In this document: piece by piece, positions 55,678-64,000 of the stretch | Numbering within the stretch: position 1 is the first letter of the stretch | Layout: the number at the start of each line of letters is the position of its first letter | Origin: Candidatus Woesearchaeota archaeon | GTDB taxonomy: Archaea; Nanobdellota; Nanobdellia; Pacearchaeales; GW2011-AR1 | Direction of reading: 5' to 3' | NCBI GenBank assembly: GCA_964468545.1 | Contig: CAYXTT010000001.1 | Coordinates: 1,894 to 65,893, forward strand | Length of the DNA: 64,000 nucleotides | Position numbers and translations under genes: made by a program | The notes under the pieces: generated by a model | The model's input: only the letters and a program-made list of their open reading frames with translations | What the model was told of the DNA's origin: nothing | Database searches by the model: none

Positions 55678-56832
55678 ATGAAGAGGATTACTATTTTAAA
55701 ACTCATAATATTTATTTCCTTATCCACAAACATCATTTCTGCAGGTGGCGTAGGTATTACTCCTGTACACTACAAAGAATTTTTCGAACCTGGTCTGCAA
55801 AAATCATTCGAATTTCAATCTTTCAACACAGACCCAACCAAAGGAGTACAAGTTTACATAAAAGGAGACCTCGCAAATTACACAAATCTAAGCGAAACTT
55901 ACTTCATCGGCTCAGGAAAATTTATAGTAACAATAAAACTCCCGCAAAAAATAGACAAACCCGGAACACACCAAATAATCGTCGGGGCAATAGAAGCAAA
56001 AGAAAACGGAAAAACGACTATAGGTGGAATCGCCGCAATTCAGGGAAGAATTGATATTCTCGTTCCCTACCCAGGAAAATACGCCGAAGCGACATTTGAA
56101 ATAAATAATATCAACGAAGGGGAAGAAGCAAACTGTAAACTAGAAATTCAAAACCTCGGAACCGAAGAAATCTCCATAAATCCAAAAATAGAAATATACA
56201 AAGAAAATAAATCCAACAACCTACTAACCAAAATTCTAAACAGAACAACACTCGAACCAAAACACACAACAACTTTAATAGAAATCCTAAAGACACAAAA
56301 TCTCCCCCCAGGAGAATATCAAGCAACAGCGACGGTAAATTATGGACCAATAATAGAAACAAACAAAACATTTCGAATCGGCGAATTCTTAGTAGAGATA
56401 ACAGACTACGACTATCTCTTCGAAAAAGGAAAAATAAATAAATTTAATATCGAAATAAAAAATAAATGGAACAGTAAAATAAATGAAATATTCGCAGAAG
56501 TTTCAATCACTGATAACGGCAAATTTATAACAGGTTTCAAAACAGTATCAACAAACACTGCCCCGTGGGAAATCAAAAATCTTACAGGATACCTCGACAC
56601 GACAAACTTCGAAACCAAAAGATATATTGCGAACATAATGCTCTCCTACGACAACGAAACAACAAGCAAACTGGTAGCAATTTACATCAAAAAACCTGTC
56701 GGAAAAATAAACTACTTGCTATACATAACAATCATCACGGGAATCACCGTCGGAATCATACTAATTTATCTACTTAAAAAAATAAGACAGTTAAAAAAAC
56801 TTGCAAAAAAACGAAATGGAAAACGAAATTAA
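55678..56832 (+). CDS. Surface protein with an N-terminal signal peptide and a C-terminal transmembrane anchor.
   Basis: MKRITILKLIIFISLSTNIISAGG at the N-terminus and YLLYITIITGITVGIILIYLLKKIRQLKK at the C-terminus. Confidence 0.5.
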   Translation: MKRITILKLIIFISLSTNIISAGGVGITPVHYKEFFEPGLQKSFEFQSFNTDPTKGVQVYIKGDLANYTNLSETYFIGSGKFIVTIKLPQKIDKPGTHQIIVGAIEAKENGKTTIGGIAAIQGRIDILVPYPGKYAEATFEINNINEGEEANCKLEIQNLGTEEISINPKIEIYKENKSNNLLTKILNRTTLEPKHTTTLIEILKTQNLPPGEYQATATVNYGPIIETNKTFRIGEFLVEITDYDYLFEKGKINKFNIEIKNKWNSKINEIFAEVSITDNGKFITGFKTVSTNTAPWEIKNLTGYLDTTNFETKRYIANIMLSYDNETTSKLVAIYIKKPVGKINYLLYITIITGITVGIILIYLLKKIRQLKKLAKKRNGKRN

Positions 56833-57214
56833 ATATATAATCATCTTTTTCGCTCTCGCCTTTACTATCCCATTCATTCTTAGCTACAACTCACAAACAG
56901 AAAAAACAATAATAAAAACCAGCTTCCTCGTGGGCAACAAACCCGGCTTCGACCTAAACCCAAACGAGCTAACCTTTGGACGAATCACTCCAAACAGCAG
57001 TGCCTCTCGAGCCATCGCAATAACAAACAGCGACGACAAACCCAAAAAAATCTCCATCAAATCATCGGGAGAAATAACAAAATATATAATCGCATCCGAA
57101 AACAATTTCTTTCTAAATCCAAATGAAACCAAAAACATGACATTCTCCGTCTATTCAACCAACCTAACCAAATTCAAAAAATATTCTGGAAAAATAATAA
57201 TCCTCTCAAAATAA
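56801..57214 (+). CDS. Small membrane-anchored hypothetical protein.
   Basis: An N-terminal transmembrane helix IIIFFALAFTIPFIL. Confidence 0.4.
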   Translation: MQKNEMENEIKYIIIFFALAFTIPFILSYNSQTEKTIIKTSFLVGNKPGFDLNPNELTFGRITPNSSASRAIAITNSDDKPKKISIKSSGEITKYIIASENNFFLNPNETKNMTFSVYSTNLTKFKKYSGKIIILSK

Positions 57215-57218
57215 AATA

Positions 57219-58148
57219 TTACGGCACAACTTTAAATCTTAAATTATATAAAACCCATAAAATGCTAAAAAGAAAAACGGCAACAAGCAAAAAATAAAAC
57301 GTTAAATCAATAGTCACTTGCTTGGAAATTTTATTCACCAAACTATTAAATGATTCCCCCATCTCATTAATATCATTAACCCTAAAAAATTGCCCACCAC
57401 TATTGAAAGCCAACGACTTCAAAAAATCCTCATCAGATTTTGAAATAGTATTAAAATTTGTCACACCTCCTTCAATAGTTCCAACCGCAATCGTATTCAC
57501 CATTAAATTATTCGTATTCATATACCTTATAATTCTCGGGGCATCCTCGACATTCAACTGTCCATCACTAATTAAAATAACAGATTTCATCTGCTCTTTC
57601 CCAAAAAGTTTGTTAGCACTAACAACAGCATTATAAACATTCGTTCCCTGAACGCTTCCAAAAGTCAATTCATCCAAAGCCATCTTCGCTTTTAATTTGG
57701 AACTATCTAACTCCTGATAAACCAACGCATCCCCGGAAAAACCAATAACACCAATCTCAACCCCAACTGGCAATAAATCAACAAAATTTTTAGCTTCAAT
57801 AATTGCAGCGCCCAATCGATTCGGAGAAACATCAATAGCACTCATACTCTCCGAAGTATCAACAACAATAACAAACGAAAAAGCACTACTACTGGCATCA
57901 AAAGAAATAGAGGTCCCAGCCAACGAAAAAATCAATAAAACCAAAATAATTAAATTAATATAAAGAGCCAAAAAATTTTTAGAAAAAAATTCAATATCAT
58001 AAAATCTTTCCATAGCTGCAAAATTACCAAATACCACGGCCTTCTTTTTATTATATATTAAGCCAAAAAAATATATGAAAACAAAAAATGGAAATAACAA
58101 AAACAAAAACAAAAACCTAGGATAAAGAAACAAAAACTGCATCACCAC
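57219..58148 (-). CDS. Membrane-anchored von Willebrand factor A domain protein (BatA-like).
   Basis: N-terminal transmembrane segments and the MIDAS-like VIVVDTSESMS...GTNVYNAV. Confidence 0.75.
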   Translation of the reverse strand: MVMQFLFLYPRFLFLFLLFPFFVFIYFFGLIYNKKKAVVFGNFAAMERFYDIEFFSKNFLALYINLIILVLLIFSLAGTSISFDASSSAFSFVIVVDTSESMSAIDVSPNRLGAAIIEAKNFVDLLPVGVEIGVIGFSGDALVYQELDSSKLKAKMALDELTFGSVQGTNVYNAVVSANKLFGKEQMKSVILISDGQLNVEDAPRIIRYMNTNNLMVNTIAVGTIEGGVTNFNTISKSDEDFLKSLAFNSGGQFFRVNDINEMGESFNSLVNKISKQVTIDLTFYFLLVAVFLFSILWVLYNLRFKVVP

Positions 58149-58239
58149 ACACTCCCACTTCTCAATTCCTCAATCACCGACAAACAAAACAATCGACGAA
58201 CAAAACAATCGACGAACTCAAAACATAAAATTTCTAATC

Positions 58240-59199
58240 TCATATCCTGCCTCCCTTATCGGCCCGAAACTTCAAAAAAGCAATAGTCGGGATAACAAAA
58301 GATTTATTCGTCATCAATTCCAACAAATCAATCCGTGATTTTTTAAATATCTCCTTCACCTTCCCTTTTTGTCTAATAACTGCAGCCCTATACCTCTCAA
58401 CCGCAATCTCTGGATCTAAAATCATTTGCCTTTTAGAATAAGGATCCTGCAATGCAAATTGATATTTCGTCCTTGGTAAATTCTCGTCTAACTCATCCCT
58501 TGTCATAATCGCAAAAGTTTCAAACTGAGTACCTATCAAACGAAGTCTTCGTGCACTATTCTCATTCATCTTAATAAAATCAGAAACTAAAACAAAAACT
58601 GTATACGGAGTTTTAACATAATTAAGAACACTATCAATCGCAACTTTTAAATCAAAACCACCACCATAAAGACCTGTATCAGAAAGATATTTCATAAAAA
58701 GTGCAAATTGATTCTTACTATTCGATGGATGCAAAAATTTAACAATCTTATCGCTAAACATTACAAGTCCAATTCTATCACCAGAAGTCATAATCAAATG
58801 ACTCAACGCACAAACAATCTCTATCGCATATTCTGCCTTCAACTTATCTCTCGAACCAAAAAGCATACTACTACTAACATCAACAAGAAAATAAACACTC
58901 AAATCCCTCTCTTCAACATATTTTTTCGCCAAAAGACTATTGGCTCGCAACGACGCCTTCCAATCAATCATACTAGCATCATCAGATGATTCAAATTGCC
59001 TATAAGAATCAAACTCTAAACCCCTCCCTCTAAACAATATATTATACAAAATCTTCTTTATAGGAAATCTACGCAACGCCGATTCAAATTCAGCAATAGC
59101 CCCTGGAACATCAACATTAAATTTAGCCCCTTTTGGAATTTTTAAATCCGGGGGCGTATCACCTGCAACTTTATAACTCTCAACATCTCTATCTTTCAT
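58240..59199 (-). CDS. DUF58-family protein (vWA-like MoxR partner).
   Basis: FLVDVSSSMLFGS. Confidence 0.7.
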   Translation of the reverse strand: MKDRDVESYKVAGDTPPDLKIPKGAKFNVDVPGAIAEFESALRRFPIKKILYNILFRGRGLEFDSYRQFESSDDASMIDWKASLRANSLLAKKYVEERDLSVYFLVDVSSSMLFGSRDKLKAEYAIEIVCALSHLIMTSGDRIGLVMFSDKIVKFLHPSNSKNQFALFMKYLSDTGLYGGGFDLKVAIDSVLNYVKTPYTVFVLVSDFIKMNENSARRLRLIGTQFETFAIMTRDELDENLPRTKYQFALQDPYSKRQMILDPEIAVERYRAAVIRQKGKVKEIFKKSRIDLLELMTNKSFVIPTIAFLKFRADKGGRI

Positions 59200-60200
59200 T
59201 ACGGAACATTGACTCTACCAAGAATATGTTTAATAATCTGATCCGTAGTAACCTTCTCGGCTTCGGCTTCATAATTTAAAATAATTCTATGTCTTAAAAC
59301 ATGATAAGCAACAGATTGAACATCGGACGGAGTAACATAATTCCTGCCATTCATTAATGCCTCAGCTTTGGCAGCAATATACATAGCGATAGAAGCCCTT
59401 GGAGAACCACCATAAGATATATATTTTGAATACTCTGAATTTTTACTTCGCGTCTCATCGGCAATCTTAACAATATATTCTTCAATCGCTTTCGAAGCAA
59501 AAATCTGCTTAACCATCTCTTGCAACTTAAGAATCAAAGTCGGCGACAAAACACTCTTCAAATTATACTGCTCAAATAATTTTGTCGTCACATTTTTACT
59601 CAAAATATCTTTCTCTTCATCATGTTCTGGATAGCCAATCAATAATTTAAACAAAAATCTATCTATCTGTGCCTCAGGAAGAGAATAAACCCCGCTCACT
59701 TCTAATGGATTCTCTGTAGCTATAACAAAAAACGGACTAGGTAAATCATACGTCTTCCGAGAAATCGTGACCCGCTTTTCCTGCATCGCCTCCAACAAAG
59801 CCGACTGAGTCTTCGACGGACTACGATTAATTTCATCAGCTAAAACAAAATTTGTAAAAATAGGACCCTTCAAAATTTCAAAACCCTTTTTCGAATCATA
59901 ACTCATAATACCAGTAATGTCCGTCGGCAAAAGATCAACAGTAAACTGAATTCTTTTCGAATCACAACCAAGAACTTTGGCCATAGCTCTAACAATTACA
60001 GTTTTAGCAACCCCAGGAACACCTTCGATTAAAACATGCCCATCACAAATAATAGCACACAAAATCCCATGAATTATATCCTTTTGCCCAACAATAATCT
60101 TAGACATCTCTTCTTCAACTTGAGCAAACATACGCTTTGCATCAGCAACACCAGAAAGCTTCCGACCATCACCTTCTTTTTTCATCACAAAAACTTCCAA
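59199..60200 (-). CDS. MoxR-family AAA+ ATPase.
   Basis: IVGQKDIIHGILCAIICDGHVLIEGVPGVAKT and VLADEINR. Confidence 0.9.
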   Translation of the reverse strand: MEVFVMKKEGDGRKLSGVADAKRMFAQVEEEMSKIIVGQKDIIHGILCAIICDGHVLIEGVPGVAKTVIVRAMAKVLGCDSKRIQFTVDLLPTDITGIMSYDSKKGFEILKGPIFTNFVLADEINRSPSKTQSALLEAMQEKRVTISRKTYDLPSPFFVIATENPLEVSGVYSLPEAQIDRFLFKLLIGYPEHDEEKDILSKNVTTKLFEQYNLKSVLSPTLILKLQEMVKQIFASKAIEEYIVKIADETRSKNSEYSKYISYGGSPRASIAMYIAAKAEALMNGRNYVTPSDVQSVAYHVLRHRIILNYEAEAEKVTTDQIIKHILGRVNVP

Positions 60201-60218
60201 CCTCCGACATCTCTTCTA

Positions 60219-63200
60219 TCATTGTAATTCATTCACTTTATATTTATTAAACCTTATCCTTTTATAGACATAAAAAATAAATCCTAAAACAAAAACAACC
60301 AATGTTAAAAAGGAAATATAATAAAAATTGTCCCTAACGAGCCCAATAATAGGATATTTAATTTGCTCATTAGAAGCAATCGCCTCCCGACAAGCATCTT
60401 GAGCCTCTCTCGCTAAATTCAAAGCAGTCGAAAAATCTCCAGAATTAAATGCCTCCCTAGCCTGATTAAGCAATTCGGTTAATTCCAAACACTGTGGATT
60501 CTCTGAAATAAGCTTCTCTGTAAAAATCAAAATATTATCTGCCTCTGTCTCATTAATTTTTTTCAATTCAATAAAAAAATATCCCCAATCAGTAAGTTTG
60601 GGAGAAGCCACGTTCGCAAAAATCGTCGCCCTATACTTACCAGCTTTATGAGTATCAACAAAAATTTTCATAGAATAATCTTTCTTTTCACCAACTCTCA
60701 ATATTGGAATAAAGGTATCATTAACTTCAACTCTAATATTATCAGAAAACTGCCCATCGTAAAGAATCTCACTCGTCAAACTAATCCCATTCAAATCAAC
60801 TGTCCCAGCATTTTGTAAACTAAAAGGAACCTCAATATAATTCTCATCAGAAATAATCACATCTTGAGGAACAACAATCCTCAAAGAAAAATACTTCAGA
60901 CGAGTACTCGACCCGCCACTCGTAGGAGTAGGAACCGTGGTTTCCGTAACCGTCGGCGCAGTAAAAGTAAGTTTAAAATTATTAGACGTAGCACTCGTCA
61001 AACTTGAATTATCAACAAAGCTAATATCTAACGCCGTAACATTTACCAATTCAGAAAATGCAGTATTATATCCAGTACTAAAAACCAATCCCCAATTATT
61101 ATAAGAAATATTTGCGGGAATTTTAACACTATTTGCATCAATATTGCTCGACGATACATTCGATAAAATAGTCAGATTCACACTCTGAAGATAATAACTA
61201 TCGTCAGAATCCACATCAGAAAAATAATTACCCAAATCATAACTAATATCCTGATCATAATTCGCTTGAGAATTTCCAATTGCCGACACGAAAACAATTG
61301 GCGCATTAGTATGACTAATATTCAACTTAAAACTAAAATTACTAACAACCGACAATCTCTGGCTGGAATTTAGCGTCGTAACATTTGGATAAACAACAAC
61401 CGTCAAATTTTTATAATTTCTGTAACTCTCGTCGGTAAAATTCGGAGTAAATACCCAGCCGAAAACACTTCCGTCGCCAAAAGAACTAGTCATATTTCTA
61501 AACACTAAATTTTCATAACTACAATCAGAACTATTTTGATAACCACAACTAATAGAATCAATCCAAAACTCATAGGTCAAATTATCACCAACAGAATGAC
61601 TAATTGTAAAATTCAAAACACCGGTAATATTCTCAGTCAAATTAAAAACACTCCCAGAAATTGGCGACACAAGAGTTGCATTCCCATAAATATAAATGTA
61701 AAAAGTTTCAACATCAGTCATTCCATCAGAATCATTAACCGTAACATTATATCCCCAAATCCCCGCATAAGATTCGTTAAAACTCAAATTAAACTCAATC
61801 CTCCCCGTCTCATTCCCAATGCTTAAATTCGGAGCACTCACATTTAATCGCTCAATAAAAAAACTCAAATTAATCCCATTATAATCATCCTCATTATCCG
61901 TCGCTGTCACGCTAAAATCAACATAATCATTTATCGTAACAGAAACATTATCGATAGAATCTAAAACCGGCGCCTCAAGACTCGCACTAATATTCAAATA
62001 AAAACTCCTGCCAACAGGAACACCAAAACTATCACTAATATTAACAAAAATTAAATAATCGCCGACATGAGAAATATTTGGAGTAAAAGTCGCATTATAA
62101 GAAACACTCTGACTACTCGGATTTCCAAACTCGACAAACGAAAAATTAAACAAATCCTCACTACCTCCAGTAAGATTAGTAACAATAATTCCGACATTTA
62201 ACGACTCATTATAATAACTCCTCTGCGCAGAAGGAATCAAAAAATCGTCATCATTAATTATTAAAATAAAGGTCGTCGCATTATTTTCAGATACTAAAAC
62301 AGTCGAACCATTACTAATCGTCGTCGAATTATCTGACCTATAAAAATCATATATAACCGGAGTATCGTCGACATTATCTATGGTAAAATTAAATTGATGA
62401 GTCACGTTCACATTGCCATCACTCGCATAAACCGTTATGCCATGATAACCAACATCAACATCACCGGGGGTAAAATTAATCACCCAACTCCCACTGGAAT
62501 TACTCAAATTGAAATCATTAAATTGCGTATAATTAACATAATAAAAAGTTATATTCTCACCATCAGCGTCGCTAACATATCCATCGCTCAAATTAATCCC
62601 GCCCCAACTTGAATTATCCTCTTCTATTGAAAAATTATAAATCGCACTGCTATTCCAAACAGGAAAATTATTACTATTATCAAAAATCATACTAAACACC
62701 GTCCAATTATAATTACCTGCCGTATCAACAACACTAATATTAATCGTCACATTCTCGCCACTAACAAGACCAGAACGATTCATAGCATCCCAATCAACAT
62801 AAGCCGTCACAACACGATGATTAGTATTCCCATCTTCCTGTAAATTACTCAAGCTACTAACCCTCGACCCACCAACATTCCTAAAATAAACAAACGCACT
62901 ATTATTAGAACTAAAATTTAATCTCTCATCCTCCACCGACGACTGAGAATCAGAAACCAAAAAATCGTCGTCGTAAGCGGTAATACCCTTAGTAATATTC
63001 TCAAACGCCCAAAAATCAGCAACATCGTCAACATAAACTAAATCCTCAATATTATTCACGAAAAAAGAAAAACTCTCCCAACCAATAGTGTTTATCGAAC
63101 CTGTATCGGTCACGCTAATATTCACAGACCAATTACCGACAGCAGAATCGTTCAAAACAAAAGTTACATTCGCCGACGCATTACACTGCCCCACACCAGA

Positions 63201-64000
63201 ACAAATATAAACATAACTTTTTGTAGAATCATTAAAGGTAAACTGAGCCAAACCAGAACTAATCGCAAAAGTCAAATTATTACTCTCGTCAATATCCGTC
63301 GCATTAACCCAGCAGCTCATAACCTCATCCTCAACCATATCTCGATTATTATCACACGCAAAAGTTACATTCGGAGCATCATTAACATTCACTACTTCAA
63401 ACGTCACATTTATTCCGGTCTGAGCATCATAAGAATCATTCATCCAAAAACTAACATTATAATATCCCACATAATCATTCGCCAAAGTAAAATTCAAAAT
63501 CATCGACTTATTATTGCTACCAAGAGACAAATTCAACAAATCATTACAATCTGTCGCACTCAAAGTAGAATTGCACCAACTAATATTATAATCAAAACTA
63601 AGCGGATAACCGTCGCTGTAATTCACCTCACCCTCCTCATCCGTCGCATTATACTGTCGAATCAAATTAACAGAACTCTCATTAAATTGATAAGAACCAC
63701 CATCAACAAGCTCCGTAAAAACAGGAGCGTCATTAACCGAAGAAATATTAAAAACAAAAGGACCAACGCTCCCAGCCTTTGAAGGATCAACGACGCTCAC
63801 TGAAATATTAAAAATTCCCGATTGAGAATTATTTGTAGAATTAATTTTCATCATTCCCGAAGAAGAATTTAAACTTATCCACGGAAATAACAACTCCAAA
63901 TTAGAATTCGAAGAATTATAATTATTAATTGAATAAAAAGAAAAAACCATCCCCAATACAGAATTCGTAACATTCGCACTAAAATTATAAAAAAACGGCG
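60219..64000 (-). CDS. Giant Asn/Ser-rich extracellular protein with a C-terminal transmembrane anchor. It is 5'-partial: the ORF runs off the window end.
   Basis: More than 1245 aa. The C-terminus YYISFLTLVVFVLGFIFYVYKRIRFNKYK is a transmembrane helix plus basic tail. It has many N-glycosylation-like N-x-S/T sites. Confidence 0.6.
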   Translation of the reverse strand, partial: PFFYNFSANVTNSVLGMVFSFYSINNYNSSNSNLELLFPWISLNSSSGMMKINSTNNSQSGIFNISVSVVDPSKAGSVGPFVFNISSVNDAPVFTELVDGGSYQFNESSVNLIRQYNATDEEGEVNYSDGYPLSFDYNISWCNSTLSATDCNDLLNLSLGSNNKSMILNFTLANDYVGYYNVSFWMNDSYDAQTGINVTFEVVNVNDAPNVTFACDNNRDMVEDEVMSCWVNATDIDESNNLTFAISSGLAQFTFNDSTKSYVYICSGVGQCNASANVTFVLNDSAVGNWSVNISVTDTGSINTIGWESFSFFVNNIEDLVYVDDVADFWAFENITKGITAYDDDFLVSDSQSSVEDERLNFSSNNSAFVYFRNVGGSRVSSLSNLQEDGNTNHRVVTAYVDWDAMNRSGLVSGENVTINISVVDTAGNYNWTVFSMIFDNSNNFPVWNSSAIYNFSIEEDNSSWGGINLSDGYVSDADGENITFYYVNYTQFNDFNLSNSSGSWVINFTPGDVDVGYHGITVYASDGNVNVTHQFNFTIDNVDDTPVIYDFYRSDNSTTISNGSTVLVSENNATTFILIINDDDFLIPSAQRSYYNESLNVGIIVTNLTGGSEDLFNFSFVEFGNPSSQSVSYNATFTPNISHVGDYLIFVNISDSFGVPVGRSFYLNISASLEAPVLDSIDNVSVTINDYVDFSVTATDNEDDYNGINLSFFIERLNVSAPNLSIGNETGRIEFNLSFNESYAGIWGYNVTVNDSDGMTDVETFYIYIYGNATLVSPISGSVFNLTENITGVLNFTISHSVGDNLTYEFWIDSISCGYQNSSDCSYENLVFRNMTSSFGDGSVFGWVFTPNFTDESYRNYKNLTVVVYPNVTTLNSSQRLSVVSNFSFKLNISHTNAPIVFVSAIGNSQANYDQDISYDLGNYFSDVDSDDSYYLQSVNLTILSNVSSSNIDANSVKIPANISYNNWGLVFSTGYNTAFSELVNVTALDISFVDNSSLTSATSNNFKLTFTAPTVTETTVPTPTSGGSSTRLKYFSLRIVVPQDVIISDENYIEVPFSLQNAGTVDLNGISLTSEILYDGQFSDNIRVEVNDTFIPILRVGEKKDYSMKIFVDTHKAGKYRATIFANVASPKLTDWGYFFIELKKINETEADNILIFTEKLISENPQCLELTELLNQAREAFNSGDFSTALNLAREAQDACREAIASNEQIKYPIIGLVRDNFYYISFLTLVVFVLGFIFYVYKRIRFNKYKVNELQ

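Overview
This 64-kb window is AT-rich, and the + strand is strongly A-rich. Nearly every gene between 2 kb and 46 kb lies on the - strand. Gene content is clearly archaeal and looks like a small-genome, DPANN-like lineage: RNAP subunits H/B/A, aEF-1alpha, aEF-2, ribosomal proteins L30e, S12, S7, S17e and L41e, Alba, an Sm protein, EndA, RFC, archaeal DnaG and a eukaryote/archaeal-type GlyRS.

Layout, in order along the window:
- A 5'-truncated rad50 (zinc hook plus ABC ATPase C-terminus).
- A surface protein, an RHH protein, a frameshifted small ORF and nfo.
- A MacB-like ABC transporter operon and a set of membrane proteins.
- dnaG and a GNAT cassette.
- The conserved cluster rpoH-rpoB-rpoA-L30e-nusA-S12-S7-EF2-EF1alpha, with rpoA' and rpoA'' fused.
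- A deoxynucleotide module built around tRNA-Lys: two dCTP-deaminase-like paralogs (one fused to a P-loop kinase), DUF1653-dUTPase, nrdG, nrdD, a MazG-like gene, nrdR, glyA and a tmk-thyX fusion.
- A PP-loop tRNA thiolase, a DsbA-like protein and an epimerase.
- rfcL, an inserted NYN gene, a duplicated rfcL 5' fragment and rfcS.
- tRNA-Gln, endA, S17e, Alba, tRNA-Met, an Sm gene and RNase Z.
- tRNA-Cys, tRNA-Arg and GlyRS.
- Pilin-like and surface proteins, and a MoxR-DUF58-vWA operon next to a giant surface protein that runs off the window end.

The most unusual signal is a dispersed family of mini-elements of two kinds. One is a tandem heptamer x3-4 abutting a 9-12 bp hairpin. The other is a CGTGTTAGTC decamer block. 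They sit in intergenic gaps of the normally compact rpo/str operon. They are also inserted in-frame into nfo, nrdG and the PP-loop ATPase.

Second is the kinase-dCTP-deaminase / dCTP-deaminase / DUF1653-dUTPase module. Its architecture resembles known dNTP-depletion antiphage proteins.
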